Of a stretch of DNA of 64,000 bases, positions 39,126-51,099 are shown in pieces. Each line of letters starts with the position of its first letter. Within the stretch, counting starts at the first letter, position 1. A model generated the notes under the pieces. It worked only from the letters and a program-made list of their open reading frames with translations, searched no databases and was not told the origin of the DNA. This DNA is from Bacilli bacterium (GTDB lineage: Bacteria > Bacillota_I > Bacilli_A > RFN20 > CAG-826): NCBI GenBank assembly GCA_045615665.1, contig JAZLFJ010000008.1, positions 5,254-69,253 on the forward strand. Direction: 5' to 3'. A program made the position numbers and the translations under genes.

Positions 39126-39975
39126 CGGTTACGCCATTGCAGATGGAATCAAACATCAAGTTTCTCGTCTAAGCGAGGAATTTTTAAAACTAGGCGTTGA
39201 AATTGATGTTAAAAAGAATAATGAATTACATTCTTATATCGATAGAGGAAATATAAAAGCAAATTTAGGTCATTATGACTTTATAATGTATTTAGACAAA
39301 GACAGATATATCGCCGATTTATTAGAAAGAAGCGGTTACCGTCTCTTCAATAAAGTTTCTTCGATTGTCCGCTGCGACGATAAGATGCTTACTCACATCA
39401 GCTTATCAGATCAAGGGATTAAAATGCCGACAACTATTTCCTCAACCCTTTGTTACCACGATGATGGGAATAGAGATTATTTAAATGATGTTGAAAAAGT
39501 ATTAGGTTTTCCACTCATTGTAAAAGAGAATTATGGTTCACTTGGAAGACAGGTCTATTTTGTAGAAAACGCCGCAGAACTTAGACAAATTGAAGATAAA
39601 CTTATTCATATTCCGCATATTTTTCAACAATTTATTTCCACCTCAAAAGGTGTTGATTATCGCGTTATTGTAATCGGGCATAAACCAATTGCTTATATGA
39701 AAAGAGAAAATAAATATTCTTATCTATCAAATCTTGCTACGGGTGGTCATGCAACAAAAGTAGAACTACCAAAGTCATATTTGGATGCCGCTATCAAAGC
39801 GAGCGAGATTCTCAATATGGATTATTGCGGAGTCGATTTGTTAATCGGGCCAAACAATGAACCAATCTTATCAGAAGTAAATTCCAATGCCTTCTTTGAA
39901 GGAATAGAAAAAACAACCGGCATCAATGTTGCGGGTTGCTATGCAAAATACGTAATAGAAACTATTTCTAAATAA
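39100..39975 (+). CDS. RimK/LysX-family ATP-grasp ligase
   Basis: ATP-grasp pattern with GFPLIVKENYGSLGRQVYFVEN, VDYRVIVIG and GVDLL...SEVNSNAFFEG. The start is ambiguous (39085 or 39100). Confidence 0.65.
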   Translation: MLKGLIITNGYAIADGIKHQVSRLSEEFLKLGVEIDVKKNNELHSYIDRGNIKANLGHYDFIMYLDKDRYIADLLERSGYRLFNKVSSIVRCDDKMLTHISLSDQGIKMPTTISSTLCYHDDGNRDYLNDVEKVLGFPLIVKENYGSLGRQVYFVENAAELRQIEDKLIHIPHIFQQFISTSKGVDYRVIVIGHKPIAYMKRENKYSYLSNLATGGHATKVELPKSYLDAAIKASEILNMDYCGVDLLIGPNNEPILSEVNSNAFFEGIEKTTGINVAGCYAKYVIETISK

Positions 39976-40699
39976 GTTTACTAAAAACTTCTTTTATATC
40001 ATCATGAATGACTATTTTTGCGTAGCCATCAAGAGGCGTTGGATCGCGGTTAATGATTACAATATTGTCGCCATGGAAATAATTTGGGATTCCTGCTGCA
40101 GGATAAACCACTAATGAGGAACCGATGACAATTAATAAATCAGCTATTTCAGTTGCTCTAACCGATTCGTGAATTGCTTCATAATCAATTCCTTCTTCAA
40201 ATAAGACGACATCAGGTTTAATAATTCCTTCACATTTTTCACAATGGGGTACACCTTTTTGAGACAAAACATAATCTAATGTGTATTTTTCTCCACAATC
40301 TAAGCAGGTATTTCTTTGAGTAGAACCATGGAACTCAATGACATTTTTTGAACCCGCGACAGTGTGTAATCCGTCTATGTTCTGGGTGATGATTGTAACG
40401 TCTTTTCTTTGTTCAAGTTTCGCTAAATATTTATGTGTAACATTAGGTTTGGCATCCTTAAAAATCATCTGCTCTTTGTAATAAGCATAAAATTCTTCCG
40501 TTCGATTCATAAAAAAAGTGTGCGAAACAATTGTTTCATAACCGTATTTATATTTTTTAATCAAATCTTTATTGTTCGCTGCCCCGTTAACGGATCTAAT
40601 ATCCGGAATACCAGAAGCAGTTGATATGCCAGCACCTGTAATGACAACGATATGATTAGCGTTATCTATTAGTTTTTGTAGTTCAACAATCTTATCCAT
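39968..40699 (-). CDS. NAD-dependent protein deacylase (Sir2 family)
   Basis: 243 aa with GAGISTASGIPDIRS, QNIDGLH and the Zn site CLDCG...CEKCEG. Confidence 0.85.
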   Translation of the reverse strand: MDKIVELQKLIDNANHIVVITGAGISTASGIPDIRSVNGAANNKDLIKKYKYGYETIVSHTFFMNRTEEFYAYYKEQMIFKDAKPNVTHKYLAKLEQRKDVTIITQNIDGLHTVAGSKNVIEFHGSTQRNTCLDCGEKYTLDYVLSQKGVPHCEKCEGIIKPDVVLFEEGIDYEAIHESVRATEIADLLIVIGSSLVVYPAAGIPNYFHGDNIVIINRDPTPLDGYAKIVIHDDIKEVFSKLI

Positions 40700-41253
40700 T
40701 ATTTCGGTGTTTTGCCCATTAAACCAATATCGACCTTTTGAGCCGCTTCTTTTCCAAGCAATCGTTCAATAATTGTAAGAGCAAAAGGTATTGAATATTT
40801 CATACTTCTAGCAGTAATAAAATTGCCTGAAACTTCAACTTCGTTTCCGGTAAAATCACCAGCAAAACCCTCATTACATCCAGCAAAACACGTATATTTT
40901 TCATTTTGCAAATAACCATATTTTCCGAGTATCGACGGGGCAGCACAAATCGCGCAGACAAGTTTATGATTTTTAACGAATTTTTCGATATACATTTCGA
41001 CCAATTTTGATTCAGAGAGATTTCTTGTTCCTCTTCCTCCGCCTGGAAGGACAAGAAAATCATAAGGAGTCGTATCGAAAATTAGTTTTAAAAGAGCGTC
41101 TGCTAAAACACGAACTCCAAAACTGGATTCAACTTCAAGTCGATCTGTTATTGAAGCGGTAGTAATTTCAATTCCTGCACGAATTAAAACATCTCTAGTT
41201 GTTAGAGCTTCAGTGTCTTCAAATCCGTCAGCAAGTAATAGTAATCCTCTCAT
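40699..41253 (-). CDS. DJ-1/PfpI family protein
   Basis: 184 aa with LVLPGG and the nucleophile elbow AICAAP. Confidence 0.8.
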   Translation of the reverse strand: MRGLLLLADGFEDTEALTTRDVLIRAGIEITTASITDRLEVESSFGVRVLADALLKLIFDTTPYDFLVLPGGGRGTRNLSESKLVEMYIEKFVKNHKLVCAICAAPSILGKYGYLQNEKYTCFAGCNEGFAGDFTGNEVEVSGNFITARSMKYSIPFALTIIERLLGKEAAQKVDIGLMGKTPK

Positions 41254-41296
41254 ATTTGTTCTTATATATTATAATAAATAATAGGTCTTATATGTT

Positions 41297-42007
41297 ATGA
41301 ATCGAAAAAATGCATTATTAGCAATTCTTAGTGTCACGCTTCTTTTATGTGGCTGTAATTCAGGCTCAAAAGGCGGTAGTAAGAAGAAAAGCAGTTCAAT
41401 CTCATCCGATAGTTCTTCAAGCTCAACATTAACTACTACAGGTGAAACTTCATCTACTTCTCAAACTCTAACAAGTTCAAGTTCTCTGCCATCTGGAGAA
41501 TATAAGGTTTATACAGCAGGCAACGCCTTGCCGTTCAGTGATTTCGGAATTCACATTGGCGATTTGGAGTCTGAAAAAACTAATAGAGATATCCTAATGA
41601 ATTCTATTAATAGTCAGGCGGGAACAAATATTGTTTCTTCAATAAATGCGGTTAATTGTCAGATTTCAACTGATGATGGCAGTTCTGTAAAAGAGCATTT
41701 GCATTTAAGCATTGGTTCTGGAGCAAATTCTGGTTCGATTCAATTTAACCTATCTCAAGTTCTTAAGAAGGCTGTCATTGAGGCTAATGGATATTATAAA
41801 GATTATGGGAGTGGAGTAAGTACAGACCCAGATGCAAAAATCATAATCAATGGTATCGAATATAACTTTTCAACACTTGATAAAAGTCCTCATCCTGATG
41901 TCGAAACATTTACTGTGGAATATCCTGATGGTGTTAACTATTTGAAATTTGCAAATGACGCCGATCATCAGCGATTCTTCCTTAATTCAATTCATTTGTT
42001 CTTCTAG
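41297..42007 (+). CDS. Lipoprotein with a Ser-rich linker, unknown function
   Basis: 236 aa with the lipobox LLCGC (MNRKNALLAILSVTLLLCGCNSG), followed by SSSISSDSSSSSTLTTTGETSSTSQTLTSSSS. Confidence 0.7.
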   Translation: MNRKNALLAILSVTLLLCGCNSGSKGGSKKKSSSISSDSSSSSTLTTTGETSSTSQTLTSSSSLPSGEYKVYTAGNALPFSDFGIHIGDLESEKTNRDILMNSINSQAGTNIVSSINAVNCQISTDDGSSVKEHLHLSIGSGANSGSIQFNLSQVLKKAVIEANGYYKDYGSGVSTDPDAKIIINGIEYNFSTLDKSPHPDVETFTVEYPDGVNYLKFANDADHQRFFLNSIHLFF

Positions 42008-42015
42008 AAAAAATG

Positions 42016-42049
42016 ACGCTTATCTTAGTTAGGTAAGCGTTTTTATTTT
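42016..42049 (+). terminator. Intrinsic terminator
   Basis: acgcttatct-tagtt-aggtaagcgt (about 10 bp including G-U pairs), followed by ttttatttt. Confidence 0.75.
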
Positions 42050-42112
42050 CCCCAGTCTTGACTTTTAGAGTATAGATAATTTATTATCTTATTCGCAAAG
42101 AAGGAAATATAT

Positions 42113-43411
42113 ATGTCAACAAAAATTAAATCCATTCACGGTCGTGAAATTCTTGACTCCCGTGGAAATCCTACCGTTGAAGTCGATGTCGTTTTAGAAA
42201 ACGGCATGATGGCTCGTGCAGAAGTCCCAAGCGGTGCTTCTACCGGTATCTATGAAGCTCTTGAGCTTCGTGATGGCGACAAAACTCGTTACCTTGGTAA
42301 AGGCACATTAAAAGCTGTTGCTAATGTAAATGAAATTCTCGCTAAAGAATTGAAAGGTTTAGATGCTTCTAATCCTGATGCAATCGATGAAAAGATGCTC
42401 GCAATTGATGGTACTAAAGGTAAAACCAAATTAGGCGCCAACGCAATTCTTGCAGTTTCATTAGCAGTAAATAAATTAGCTGCTCAAATCAAAGGTGAAC
42501 CACTTTATAAATATCTTGCTAACGACAAAGATGTTTGCTTACCAGTTCCAATGATGAACATCCTCAATGGTGGTTGCCACGCTAGCAACACTGTCGACTC
42601 TCAAGAGTTCATGATTATGCCAGTTGGCGCTCCAAACTTTAGAGAATGTCTTCGCTGGTGTTCAGAAGTCTATCACGTCTTAGCAAAGAACTTAAAAGCC
42701 AAAGGCTTGGCAGTTTCTGTTGGTGACGAAGGTGGCTTCGCTCCAAACCTTGCCTCTGATGAAGAAGTTTTAGCAGAAATCGTTAAAGCTATTAAAGATG
42801 CTGGATATGTTCCAGGCAAAGACTTTATGTTAGCGATGGACGCTGCCGCTTCCGAATGGAAAGACACTGAAAAAGGTGTTGGTTACTACTATTTGCCAAA
42901 ACAAAAGAAACATATGACCAGCGACGAACTCATCGAACACTGGGCCAAACTTCTTGAAGAATTCCCAATCATCTCCTATGAAGATATCCTTGATGAAGAA
43001 GACTGGGAAGGTTGGAAGAAACTTACCGCTAAGATCGGTGGCAAAGTCCAACTCGTTGGCGACGACTTATTCGTTACAAATGTCGAAAGACTTGCCAATG
43101 GTATTAAGGTTGGTGCTGCAAACTCCATCCTCATCAAACTTAACCAAATCGGTTCTGTTAAAGAAACAAAAGCCGCTATTAAGATGGCTCACGATGCAGG
43201 TTATACCGCTGTTACCTCTCACCGTTCTGGTGAAACAGAAGACACCTTCATCGCTGACCTCTGCGTTGGCTTAGCAACTGGCCAAATTAAGACTGGTGCT
43301 CCATGCCGTGGTGAAAGAGTTAATAAATACAATCAACTTCTCCGTATCGAAGAAGAACTTGGTAGCAAAGCTAAATACGCTGGCTTAGGCGCCTTCAAAT
43401 TCCGCAAATAA
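42113..43411 (+). CDS. eno: Enolase
   Basis: 432 aa with [29 protein letters not shown] and [12 protein letters not shown]. Confidence 0.97.
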   Translation: MSTKIKSIHGREILDSRGNPTVEVDVVLENGMMARAEVPSGASTGIYEALELRDGDKTRYLGKGTLKAVANVNEILAKELKGLDASNPDAIDEKMLAIDGTKGKTKLGANAILAVSLAVNKLAAQIKGEPLYKYLANDKDVCLPVPMMNILNGGCHASNTVDSQEFMIMPVGAPNFRECLRWCSEVYHVLAKNLKAKGLAVSVGDEGGFAPNLASDEEVLAEIVKAIKDAGYVPGKDFMLAMDAAASEWKDTEKGVGYYYLPKQKKHMTSDELIEHWAKLLEEFPIISYEDILDEEDWEGWKKLTAKIGGKVQLVGDDLFVTNVERLANGIKVGAANSILIKLNQIGSVKETKAAIKMAHDAGYTAVTSHRSGETEDTFIADLCVGLATGQIKTGAPCRGERVNKYNQLLRIEEELGSKAKYAGLGAFKFRK

Positions 43412-43429
43412 GAAAAGCGAATAACAATG

Positions 43430-43457
43430 AAGAGTCTCGATTTCGAGACTCTTTTTG
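43430..43457 (+). terminator. Intrinsic terminator after eno
   Basis: agagtctcg-attt-cgagactct followed by a T-run. Confidence 0.8.
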
Positions 43458-43459
43458 TT

Positions 43460-43465
43460 TATAAT
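43460..43465 (+). promoter_or_regulatory. Candidate -10 box (TATAAT), 7 nt before the ATG at 43473
   Basis: TATAAT directly follows the eno terminator T-tract, with no SD. Confidence 0.4.
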
Positions 43466-43472
43466 TCTAGCT

Positions 43473-44345
43473 ATGAACAAGAAGGTCTATCATATTCCGT
43501 TTAAAGGTTTCTATACATATTGTTATACATTTGGTGATCTTTCTAAAGGCATCCCTTTAATCATCCTTCATGGTGGTCCTGGAGGTTGTGTAGAACGTTA
43601 TGAACCTTTAGAAGAATTAGCAGATAAAGGTATTCCATTAATCTTTTATGATCAACTTGGTTGCGGATATTCTAAAGTTCCGAAAGGTAATGAACATCTT
43701 TGGATTTTTGAGACATATTTGGACGAACTTGATAACCTAATCAAATATTTCAAACTCAAAAAGTTCAAAATTTTAGGACATTCCTGGGGTGGCATGCTTG
43801 CGTTGGAGTGGGTTACTACTCATGAACATAGCGGCCTCAATAAATTAATTTTATTTTCAACGTTACCGTCGACAAAGATTTGGAATGATGAACATTTTAA
43901 GATGATTGAATTCTATCCAAAGGATGAAAAAGCAGCAATTTTACATGACTATAATGGCGAAGAATGTGACCAAAAAGCTTTGAAGAAAGGCTTAAGAAGA
44001 TTTTATCGAGAACACGTTTCAAGAAAGAAAGATAAAAAATATGTTTTTAAACGTAAGAGATTTAAACGCACAAATAAAGAGATTTACGAAAAAATGTGGG
44101 GCAAATCTGAACTTTTTGGTACTGGAACCTTAAAAGATTGGAATACGATTCCTAATCTTAAAAAAATCGATGTTGAAACGTTGGTTATTTCAGGAAGATT
44201 AGATGAATCAACGGTTGCTATTAATGATTTATTATCGAAAGAAATCCCTAATGCGAAATCCATTATATTAGAAAAATCCCATCATGTGGGATATGCTGAA
44301 GAACCAGAACTTACTTTAAAATTTATTCGCGAGTTTATAAAATAA
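43473..44345 (+). CDS. Proline iminopeptidase family alpha/beta hydrolase (S33)
   Basis: LHGGPGG and GHSWGG motifs. I moved the start to MNKKVYH, because the ORF-track start at 43455 lies inside the eno terminator. Confidence 0.75.
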   Translation: MNKKVYHIPFKGFYTYCYTFGDLSKGIPLIILHGGPGGCVERYEPLEELADKGIPLIFYDQLGCGYSKVPKGNEHLWIFETYLDELDNLIKYFKLKKFKILGHSWGGMLALEWVTTHEHSGLNKLILFSTLPSTKIWNDEHFKMIEFYPKDEKAAILHDYNGEECDQKALKKGLRRFYREHVSRKKDKKYVFKRKRFKRTNKEIYEKMWGKSELFGTGTLKDWNTIPNLKKIDVETLVISGRLDESTVAINDLLSKEIPNAKSIILEKSHHVGYAEEPELTLKFIREFIK

Positions 44346-45327
44346 ACTTCTTTAAATATTCTTTAGTTTCTTGATCTGCAAAACTTGCCTCAATTGTATT
44401 AAGAGCAAATTCCTGCAGATTTTTTTCACTAAATCCAAGTTCAGAAAGTGTCTCATATTCTTTTTTAACTGTAGTATTGCAAACTGTCATATCATCAGAG
44501 TTAATGGAGACCTTAATTCCCATTTTTAAAAACTGCTTAATCGGTAGTTCGTCATATGATTTTATAGCTTTGGTATCCAAATTTGATTTAGGGCAAATTT
44601 CCAAGCAAATCCCCGATTTCTTTAACGTTTTGCAGACATTTTTATCAAAGATCGCATGGATGCCATGACCGATTCGATCTGCTCCATAAGAAAGGGCTGA
44701 TGCGACCGAATCTGCGCCACCTGCTTCACCAGCATGTATTGTTAGGTTTAAGCCATATTTTTTAACGAGGGCAAATTCCATGATAAACATATCGTTAGGG
44801 AATATTGCTTCAGCACCGGCGATATCGACTGCGACAACTTTATCATCTTTATATTTTTTAGCCAGCTCGATAGTTTCTTTGTTTTTCTCGAAGTTATCTT
44901 TGCCACGCATCATACAGACAATTAAGTTAGATTTAATTCCATATAATTTTTCGGCTTCTTTTAAAGCTTCAATCATCGATAAAACAACCTCTTCTTGAGT
45001 TAATCCTTTCGATGTCGAGAGTTGAGGTGCCATTCTAATTTCAGCATATTTGACGCCGTCATCAGAAATACGCTTTAACAAATCTAATGTGCAATATTTC
45101 AAACCATATTTACTTTGCAAAACAAGATTTGGTAAATCAAAACGTTTTAGTAGTTCATTAAGCGATGGGCAATTTTCGGGAGCTTGCAAATAGTCCACAA
45201 GCTCTTTCTCATCGTAAGTTGGAAGTTTGATATTTTCTTTTTTAGCAACATCAATTATGGCTCGAGCAGAAAGTGAACCGTCTAAGTGAAGATGTATATC
45301 TGCTATAGCAAATTTTTCATAGTTCAT
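44335..45327 (-). CDS. add: Adenosine deaminase
   Basis: 330 aa with DIHLHLDGS, HAGE, and SINSDD near the C-terminus. Confidence 0.85.
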   Translation of the reverse strand: MNYEKFAIADIHLHLDGSLSARAIIDVAKKENIKLPTYDEKELVDYLQAPENCPSLNELLKRFDLPNLVLQSKYGLKYCTLDLLKRISDDGVKYAEIRMAPQLSTSKGLTQEEVVLSMIEALKEAEKLYGIKSNLIVCMMRGKDNFEKNKETIELAKKYKDDKVVAVDIAGAEAIFPNDMFIMEFALVKKYGLNLTIHAGEAGGADSVASALSYGADRIGHGIHAIFDKNVCKTLKKSGICLEICPKSNLDTKAIKSYDELPIKQFLKMGIKVSINSDDMTVCNTTVKKEYETLSELGFSEKNLQEFALNTIEASFADQETKEYLKKFIL

Positions 45328-45413
45328 ACAACTTAAATTATAAATAAATTTATTCGTTTTGGTGGAAAATAATTTATTTTATATTAAAATACCTAATGCT
45401 AAAGGAGATTACT

Positions 45414-46745
45414 ATGAAGGAAATTAAAAAAGAGCATTTGGATGAATTGCTCCAAGAATATGAGCAAGATAAAGCCTGTAAAATCGCTAGACATGCTTTA
45501 TCTAACCAAGACATTGCTGTTGCGGCAGCAAGCAAAGATGGCGTCTCTCAAATGGACTTTAATTTTGATATTAATATCAAGACTATGTCCGTCAATAACC
45601 AAAAAGCTTCTGGTAGATGCTGGATTTTTGCGGCATGTAATGGTATTAGAGAACTCATTGGCAAGAAGATTGGCGTTGGTTCGTTCAAATTATCACAAAG
45701 CTACATTGCTTTTTATGACAAATTAGAAAAATTAAATTACACGCTTGAAGCATTGATTGAAACAATCGATTCTGACTACGATGATCGTACCGTTCAATTT
45801 TTAGTCCAAAACGGAATTGGCGATGGTGGTCAATGGGATATGCTTGTTAATGTTGTTAAGAAATACGGCATTTGCCCAAAGAATGCATTTGTGGAAACCT
45901 ATACTTCTAATAACACAAGAATTTTAAATTCTTTGCTTAACGCTGAAGTAAGAAGATTCGCAAGCGAATCTCGCGTTGTTAAAGCAAATAAAGGAATGAA
46001 AGCGGTCGAAGAACTCAAAGAAAGCTACCTGAAGAGATTTTATCGTGCTTTAGTTTCTTGCTATGGTATTCCACCAAAAACATTCGATCTCAAATATACC
46101 GATGATAAAGGTGGCTTCCATATCGAAAGAGGATTTACTCCAAAATCATTCTTTGATAAATATGTTGGAAATAGACTTGATGATTTTGTAAGTTGCATCA
46201 ACGCACCAACAAAATCAAAACCATTTTACAAATCATATACAGTCAAATACCTTGGTAATGTTGCAGGTGGAAAAATTGTTAAACACCTCAATCTTCCCAT
46301 GGAAAGACTTAAAGAAGTCATTGTCGCCCAACTTAAAGATGGCAAAATCGTTTGGTTTGGTAGCGATGTTTCATCCTATGGAGACAGAATGAGAGGTGTT
46401 TGGGATGATAAAGAATTCGATTTTAAATCCTTATTAGATTTAGACATCAAAATGGAAAAAGGCGATTCTTTAGATTTCCGTTCATCTGCAATGAATCATG
46501 CTATGTGTATTACAGGCGTTGCATTCAATGAAAAAGGCGTTCCAACCAAATGGAAAATTGAAAACTCATGGGGCAACGACAGAGGTCGCGAAGGTTATTT
46601 CATGATGTCCGATACTTGGTTTGATCAATTTACATATCAAGCAGTTGTGGATAAGAAATATCTTACCAAAGAAGAACTCGAAGCATATAATGCTGATCCA
46701 GTTGAATTAAAACCATGGGACCCAATGGGCTCATTAGCAGACTAA
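45414..46745 (+). CDS. pepC: Aminopeptidase C (bleomycin-hydrolase-type C1 cysteine peptidase)
   Basis: [11 protein letters not shown] catalytic Cys and HAMCITG. I chose the start after the SD AAGGAG at 45401-45406. Confidence 0.85.
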   Translation: MKEIKKEHLDELLQEYEQDKACKIARHALSNQDIAVAAASKDGVSQMDFNFDINIKTMSVNNQKASGRCWIFAACNGIRELIGKKIGVGSFKLSQSYIAFYDKLEKLNYTLEALIETIDSDYDDRTVQFLVQNGIGDGGQWDMLVNVVKKYGICPKNAFVETYTSNNTRILNSLLNAEVRRFASESRVVKANKGMKAVEELKESYLKRFYRALVSCYGIPPKTFDLKYTDDKGGFHIERGFTPKSFFDKYVGNRLDDFVSCINAPTKSKPFYKSYTVKYLGNVAGGKIVKHLNLPMERLKEVIVAQLKDGKIVWFGSDVSSYGDRMRGVWDDKEFDFKSLLDLDIKMEKGDSLDFRSSAMNHAMCITGVAFNEKGVPTKWKIENSWGNDRGREGYFMMSDTWFDQFTYQAVVDKKYLTKEELEAYNADPVELKPWDPMGSLAD

Positions 46746-46759
46746 TAAAGGAGAAAATT

Positions 46760-47509
46760 ATGCACAAATTAGTTTTAATTAGACACGGTGAATCAGAATG
46801 GAATAAATTAAATTTATTCACTGGTTGGACCGATGTTGAATTATCTGAAAAAGGTGTTTCCGAAGCTCATAGAGCAGGTAAGACCTTAAAAGAAGAAGGT
46901 TACGATTTCGATATCGTTTTTACCTCTTTGCTTAAAAGAGCAATTCACACGATGAATAATGTGTTGTTCGAACTTGATCGTGAATGGCTCCCAGTTTATA
47001 AATCCTGGAGACTTAATGAACGTCATTATGGTGCTCTTCAAGGTTTAAACAAAGCCGAAACCGCTGAAAAATATGGCGAAGAGCAAGTCAAAATCTGGAG
47101 AAGAAGCTATGATTGCCCACCTCCAGCATTAACCGAAGAAGATCCAAGAAACCCTGCAAATCAGGCTCAATTTAGAGATGTTCCAAGAAAAGATCTTCCA
47201 CTTCATGAATCGCTTGAAATGACTGTCGCACGTGCTGTTCCATATTTTGAAGAGGTCATCAAACCAGAAATGGAAAAAGGCAAACGTTGCTTAGTTGTTG
47301 CTCACGGTAACTCTCTTCGTGCTTTAGTTAAATATTTTGATAATATGGCCGATGAAGAAATCGTTGGCGTTAATATTCCTACTGGTGTTCCACTAGTCTA
47401 TGAATTTGACGACAATATGAAAGCTGTCAAACATTATTATTTAATGGATGAAGCCGCTTTAAAGGCTGAAATGGAAGCTGTTGCAAATCAAGGCAAAGCC
47501 AAGAAATAA
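46760..47509 (+). CDS. gpmA: 2,3-bisphosphoglycerate-dependent phosphoglycerate mutase
   Basis: [12 protein letters not shown] and [10 protein letters not shown] chose the start after the SD AAAGGAGA. Confidence 0.9.
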   Translation: MHKLVLIRHGESEWNKLNLFTGWTDVELSEKGVSEAHRAGKTLKEEGYDFDIVFTSLLKRAIHTMNNVLFELDREWLPVYKSWRLNERHYGALQGLNKAETAEKYGEEQVKIWRRSYDCPPPALTEEDPRNPANQAQFRDVPRKDLPLHESLEMTVARAVPYFEEVIKPEMEKGKRCLVVAHGNSLRALVKYFDNMADEEIVGVNIPTGVPLVYEFDDNMKAVKHYYLMDEAALKAEMEAVANQGKAKK

Positions 47510-47838
47510 TGAAGCAAGAAACCTACGACCGTTTAATGAAATTCCGTGACGATAGAGATTGGTCACAATTTCATACTGGAGAAAATCTCGCTAAATCGCT
47601 TGTCATCGAAGCTGGCGAACTACTTGAAGTTTTTCAATATGGAAAGCAAGAGAAGTCAATTGACAAAGTCAAAGAAGAACTAGCAGATGTTTTTATGTAC
47701 GCGATGCTTATGGCTGATCATTACCATTTAGACATCGATGAAATCATTAACGAGAAGATGGATTCTAACGAAAAGAAATATCCGGCCGATATGGTCAAAG
47801 GTTCCTCAAAAAAATATAACGAATACAAAAACAAATGA
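47509..47838 (+). CDS. MazG-like nucleotide pyrophosphohydrolase, paralog 2
   Basis: 109 aa with FRDDRDWSQFHTGENLAKSLVIEAGELLEVFQ...EELADVFMY...EKMDSNEKKYP. It has a TAATG overlap with gpmA and an ATGA overlap with prs. Confidence 0.7.
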   Translation: MKQETYDRLMKFRDDRDWSQFHTGENLAKSLVIEAGELLEVFQYGKQEKSIDKVKEELADVFMYAMLMADHYHLDIDEIINEKMDSNEKKYPADMVKGSSKKYNEYKNK

Positions 47839-48734
47839 AAGACGCACTAATATTTTCATTAACCACAAGTAAAGAACTTGCGAAAAAGATTTCAACTAAG
47901 TCAAACATTCCGATGGGTGAATGTGAGGTTGTTCGTTTTGCTGATGGTGAAATTATGGCGAGATGCTTGAGCAATGTAAAAAGGAAAACTTGTTATGTTG
48001 TTCAATCCACAATCGCTCCTTCTAGTGACTCTTTATTTGAAATTTTTATTTTCGTTGATTCCTTAAAAAATGCTGGAGCAAAAGAGATTAATTTAATCAC
48101 TCCTTATTACGGCTATTCTAGACAAGATAGAGTCGCTCAAAAAGGTGAACCAATCACTGCCAAAATCATCGCAAATCTGCTACAAAGTTGTGGAATCAAT
48201 CAATTAATTTCGGTTGATTTACACACTCAACAAATACAGGGTTTTTTCTCTATTCCCGTTCTTAATTTAGAGGCATCAGAATTATTCGGTGAATATCTAG
48301 TGAAAAGATTTGCGCAATTAGGAATCAAACATGAAGACGTGGTGGTGGTTTCTCCAGATCATGGCTCTGCAAATAGAGGCCGTGACGTCTCCTCGATTTT
48401 TAATAATGCTTCTCTTGCCGTTATCGATAAAAGAAGACCTGCCCCAAATCAATCTGAGGTCACAAATGTTGTTGGTGATGCAAAAGGGAAAACCTGCGTA
48501 ATCGTCGACGATATAATTGATACTGGCGGTACGATTAATAACGCTACTGAAGCCTTGTTTAACAAAGGCGCAAAAGAAGTTTATGTAGCTGTCACACATG
48601 CAATTTTATCTAATGATAAATTAGATCCCAGAATTAAAGAATTTATTACAACTGATACAGTTGAAAAACACATTAAAAACGCTACTGTTTTATCTGTAGC
48701 AGATTTAATCGCTAAGGCGATAATCTCAGAATGA
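47835..48734 (+). CDS. prs: Ribose-phosphate pyrophosphokinase
   Basis: 299 aa with FADGE, PYYGYSRQDR and the PRPP loop VIVDDIIDTGGT. Confidence 0.9.
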   Translation: MKDALIFSLTTSKELAKKISTKSNIPMGECEVVRFADGEIMARCLSNVKRKTCYVVQSTIAPSSDSLFEIFIFVDSLKNAGAKEINLITPYYGYSRQDRVAQKGEPITAKIIANLLQSCGINQLISVDLHTQQIQGFFSIPVLNLEASELFGEYLVKRFAQLGIKHEDVVVVSPDHGSANRGRDVSSIFNNASLAVIDKRRPAPNQSEVTNVVGDAKGKTCVIVDDIIDTGGTINNATEALFNKGAKEVYVAVTHAILSNDKLDPRIKEFITTDTVEKHIKNATVLSVADLIAKAIISE

Positions 48735-48934
48735 GAAAACAAGTTGCCCGTTCAATAACTTTTAACGCTATTGTGGCGCGGACTCGTAGCATTTGGTGAA
48801 TATATTTCTCTATCAATTATTGGTTATTTATTGATTATGTATCTAGGAAAACGGCCTGGATTCTTAAAACTCATAGGCGCGAAAAAGAATCATAATTTCG
48901 TTTTCTAATAGTGAAAAGATGCTAAGCATAGTAG

Positions 48935-50070
<1,136 letters not shown>

Positions 50071-50071
<1 letters not shown>

Positions 50072-51099
50072 TGGATATTTCACTTTTCGATTTTGATCTT
50101 CCAGTGGAACTTATCGCTCAGAGCCCAGCCTCAAAAAGAGATGAGTCACGTCTTTTAGTGATTGATAAGAATAAGAAGACTTATGAAGATAAGATTTTTC
50201 ATGACATTCTTGGTTATCTTAAACCAGGCGATGTATTAGTGCGAAATAACACTAAAGTGTTACCAGCAAGAATATTCGGTGAAAAAGAAGACACACATGC
50301 TCATGTAGAAATTTTACTTTTGCGCCAAATTCAAGGTGATATTTGGGAATGTTTAGCGGGCAATGCTAGACCAATAAAGGTTGGTTCTATAATCATTTTT
50401 AAAAATGGAATATTAAAAGCAAAATGTCTAGAAGTAAAAGATGAAGGAATCCGCATTATGGAATTCATCTATGATGGTATTTTCCTAGAAAATTTGAATG
50501 AAATCGGAAATATGCCACTTCCCCCTTATATTAAAAAACAATGTGAAGACAATTCGCGTTATCAGACCGTATACGCTAAGGTTTTAGGAAGCGCAGCGGC
50601 ACCAACTGCGGGATTTCATTTTACTGAGGAATTGCTTGAAAAAATCAAAGAAAAGGGCATCGAAATACTAGATATCACTTTACATATAGGCTTAGGAACT
50701 TTTAAACCAGTTAAAGAAGAACGAGTCGAGGATCATGTGATGCACTCCGAATACTTTGAAATGTCGAAAGAGGTAGCGGAGAAATTGAACAAAGCAAAAG
50801 CCGAGCATCGACGCATCATCGCGGTCGGAACAACAGCTACAAGAACCCTGGAAGCAATTATGCAAAAATATGGGAGATTTATTGAAGCAAAAGAAGAAAC
50901 AGCTATATTTATTAAGCCTGGTTACAAGTTCTTAGCGATTGATGCATTAATCACCAATTTTCATCTTCCTAAATCGACTTTAATCATGTTGGTTTCTGCT
51001 TTTATGGGTCGTGAATTTACTTTAGAAGTATATAAGCACGCCGTCGATGAAAAATACCGCTTTTTCTCATTTGGAGATTCAATGTTTATCCATGGTTAA
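50071..51099 (+). CDS. queA: S-adenosylmethionine:tRNA ribosyltransferase-isomerase
   Basis: 342 aa with [22 protein letters not shown] and [10 protein letters not shown]. Confidence 0.95.
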
